A DNA stretch of 36,626 bases, taken from a virus. Taxonomy: Duplodnaviria > Caudoviricetes. Positions 35,232 through 36,626 of the stretch are shown here, in pieces (position 1 is the stretch's first letter; each line of letters opens with the position of its first letter). Under the pieces are notes generated by a model, which saw only the letters and a program-made list of their open reading frames with translations, was not told the DNA's origin and searched no databases. A program made the position numbers and the translations under genes. The DNA is taken from IMG/VR virus record IMGVR_UViG_3300025451_000032, positions 1 through 36,626 of that record. One strand, written 5' to 3'.

Positions 35232-35432
35232 ATGTGCTTTGCTCCTAAAATGGCTGCTCCAGCCCCAACTCCCCAAGCTCCCCCTCCTCCAACTCCAGTT
35301 GCTGAGACAGTTCAAGCCCCTACGATGCCTACTGAGGCTAAGAAACGTACTGCTGGTATCTCCTCGTTGATCATCCGTAGACCCACGGTGTCCACTGGAA
35401 CAACCAACATGGGAGCAAGCGTTAACTACTAA
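35232..35432 (+). CDS. Small virion protein (T7 gp6.7-like)
   Basis: MCFAPK start, Pro-rich, KKR..GISSLII. Confidence 0.7.
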   Translation: MCFAPKMAAPAPTPQAPPPPTPVAETVQAPTMPTEAKKRTAGISSLIIRRPTVSTGTTNMGASVNY

Positions 35433-35437
35433 AATCT

Positions 35438-35740
35438 ATGGCTACCTTTAACTACAACCGTACCGTTACATTTGCTGAACTAACCAGCGGTGCGCTTAAT
35501 ATCGACACAATTGGCAATGGTAAACCTTCAGCTTTTATGGTTGCTGGAACATTCAACAGTGCTACTGTAAAACTGCAACATCTCATTGGTTCAACCTATG
35601 TTGACCTCGGTGCTGAGACGACCCTAACTACTAACGGTGGTGGGCTGTTTGTTACACCCGCGAGTTCTCTTCGGATTGTAATCAGTGGAGCTACAAGTGG
35701 CTTCACAGTTACTGTTGTGGTTAAACCAATCGAACTATAA
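35438..35740 (+). CDS. Small beta-rich putative structural protein
   Basis: 100 aa, Thr/Gly-rich, GTFNSATVKLQ. Confidence 0.65.
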   Translation: MATFNYNRTVTFAELTSGALNIDTIGNGKPSAFMVAGTFNSATVKLQHLIGSTYVDLGAETTLTTNGGGLFVTPASSLRIVISGATSGFTVTVVVKPIEL

Positions 35741-36626
35741 TGTCACGTCACAGAAAGCTCACTCAGCAATTTGCTGGTTTTCCCTTGTTCAAACTACCAA
35801 CGGGATCATTTACTTATCCCCTTACGTTTTCATTTACAAAGGATCTAGTAGGTTTGGATGGGCTTTCTCTTGATCTTCAATTTGCAGCAGACAAGTCATT
35901 CAGCAAACCGTCTACTCTCGCAGCAGCAGAGACACAAATTACAAGCCGCAAAGGCCCATCACCAGTATTCACCAGAGGATCTGGAGCGACCATGGTTGGG
36001 TCTGATGGATTGATTCAGTATGGGCCTGAGAATTTAATCAACTTCAGCGAAAGTTTTGCTACTAGTGGTGGGTCAAATAACAATTGGGCAGACGTAGGTT
36101 TTAATCGAACTACTGGTGTTGCTGATCCAATTGGAGGGTCTACTGCTATTAGATTTACTACAACAACTACTAATTCTACAGTAATTTCAAGTGCTGCCGT
36201 TGGGTCATCTGAATTGAGAACTTTCTCTTTCTGGATGCGTAGAGTTACTGGAACAGGTATTATTTCATATACAATTGATGGTGGTACTACATTCACTACA
36301 ATTGCAAGTACAACTCTTCCAACTGTCTGGACTCGTTATTCCTATACAGCAACTGCTGACCATCGAGTCGGATTCAAATCAAGCCTCAACAGTCAGGCTA
36401 TTGAGATCTGGGGTGTTCAGCTTGAGAGAGCATCAGTAGCTCGCCAGTATATTCCAACGACAACAAGCAGGGTGTTTGGCCCACGATTTGACCATGATCC
36501 AGTTACTCTTGCTAGCAAAGGATTGCTAATAGAAGAAGCTAGGACTAATCTTGTTTTTCCATCAGATACTTTAACAACTCAGACTATAACGGTAACAGCT
36601 GTTGCACATACTTTAAGCTTTTACGG
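35740..36626 (+). CDS. Fibre/spike-like structural protein with a CBM-like domain, truncated at the window end
   Basis: Open from ATG 35740 to the end (absent from the track because there is no stop): LDLQFA, FTRGSGAT, IWGVQLE...YIPTT, PRFDHDP..KGLLIEEARTNL. Confidence 0.75.
   Translation, partial: MSRHRKLTQQFAGFPLFKLPTGSFTYPLTFSFTKDLVGLDGLSLDLQFAADKSFSKPSTLAAAETQITSRKGPSPVFTRGSGATMVGSDGLIQYGPENLINFSESFATSGGSNNNWADVGFNRTTGVADPIGGSTAIRFTTTTTNSTVISSAAVGSSELRTFSFWMRRVTGTGIISYTIDGGTTFTTIASTTLPTVWTRYSYTATADHRVGFKSSLNSQAIEIWGVQLERASVARQYIPTTTSRVFGPRFDHDPVTLASKGLLIEEARTNLVFPSDTLTTQTITVTAVAHTLSFY

Overview
The window is most of the genome of a T7-like (Autographiviridae-type) podophage, read in circularly permuted order, and every credible gene is on the + strand. 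It opens in the late operon: portal, scaffold, a small lysis cassette, a ~500-bp structured non-coding block, major capsid, tail tubes, four internal virion proteins, tail fibre, holin, terminases and an amidase. It then crosses the probable genome-end junction (~20.7-21.6 kb). The early region follows, with two repeat-array + host-promoter modules, an acidic DNA-mimic candidate, a tyrosine integrase, a winged-HTH regulator and ThyX. After that come the single-subunit RNA polymerase, SSB, endonuclease I, primase-helicase, family A DNA polymerase, exonuclease, a DUF5664-like nucleotide pyrophosphohydrolase and the first structural genes, and the window ends inside a fibre-like ORF. The integrase suggests a temperate lifestyle. 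The general lack of Shine-Dalgarno motifs suggests a host that makes little use of them (inference). The least-explained parts are: (i) 3175-3800, a stand-alone peptide resembling a ribonucleotide-reductase C-terminal CxxC tail followed by a pseudoknot, a tRNA-like cloverleaf with a collapsed anticodon loop and several hairpins; (ii) the twin phased repeat-array/promoter modules at 21.47 and 23.17 kb; (iii) a ~170-nt multibranch fold after the amidase. All calls come from motif recognition by eye; no searches were run.
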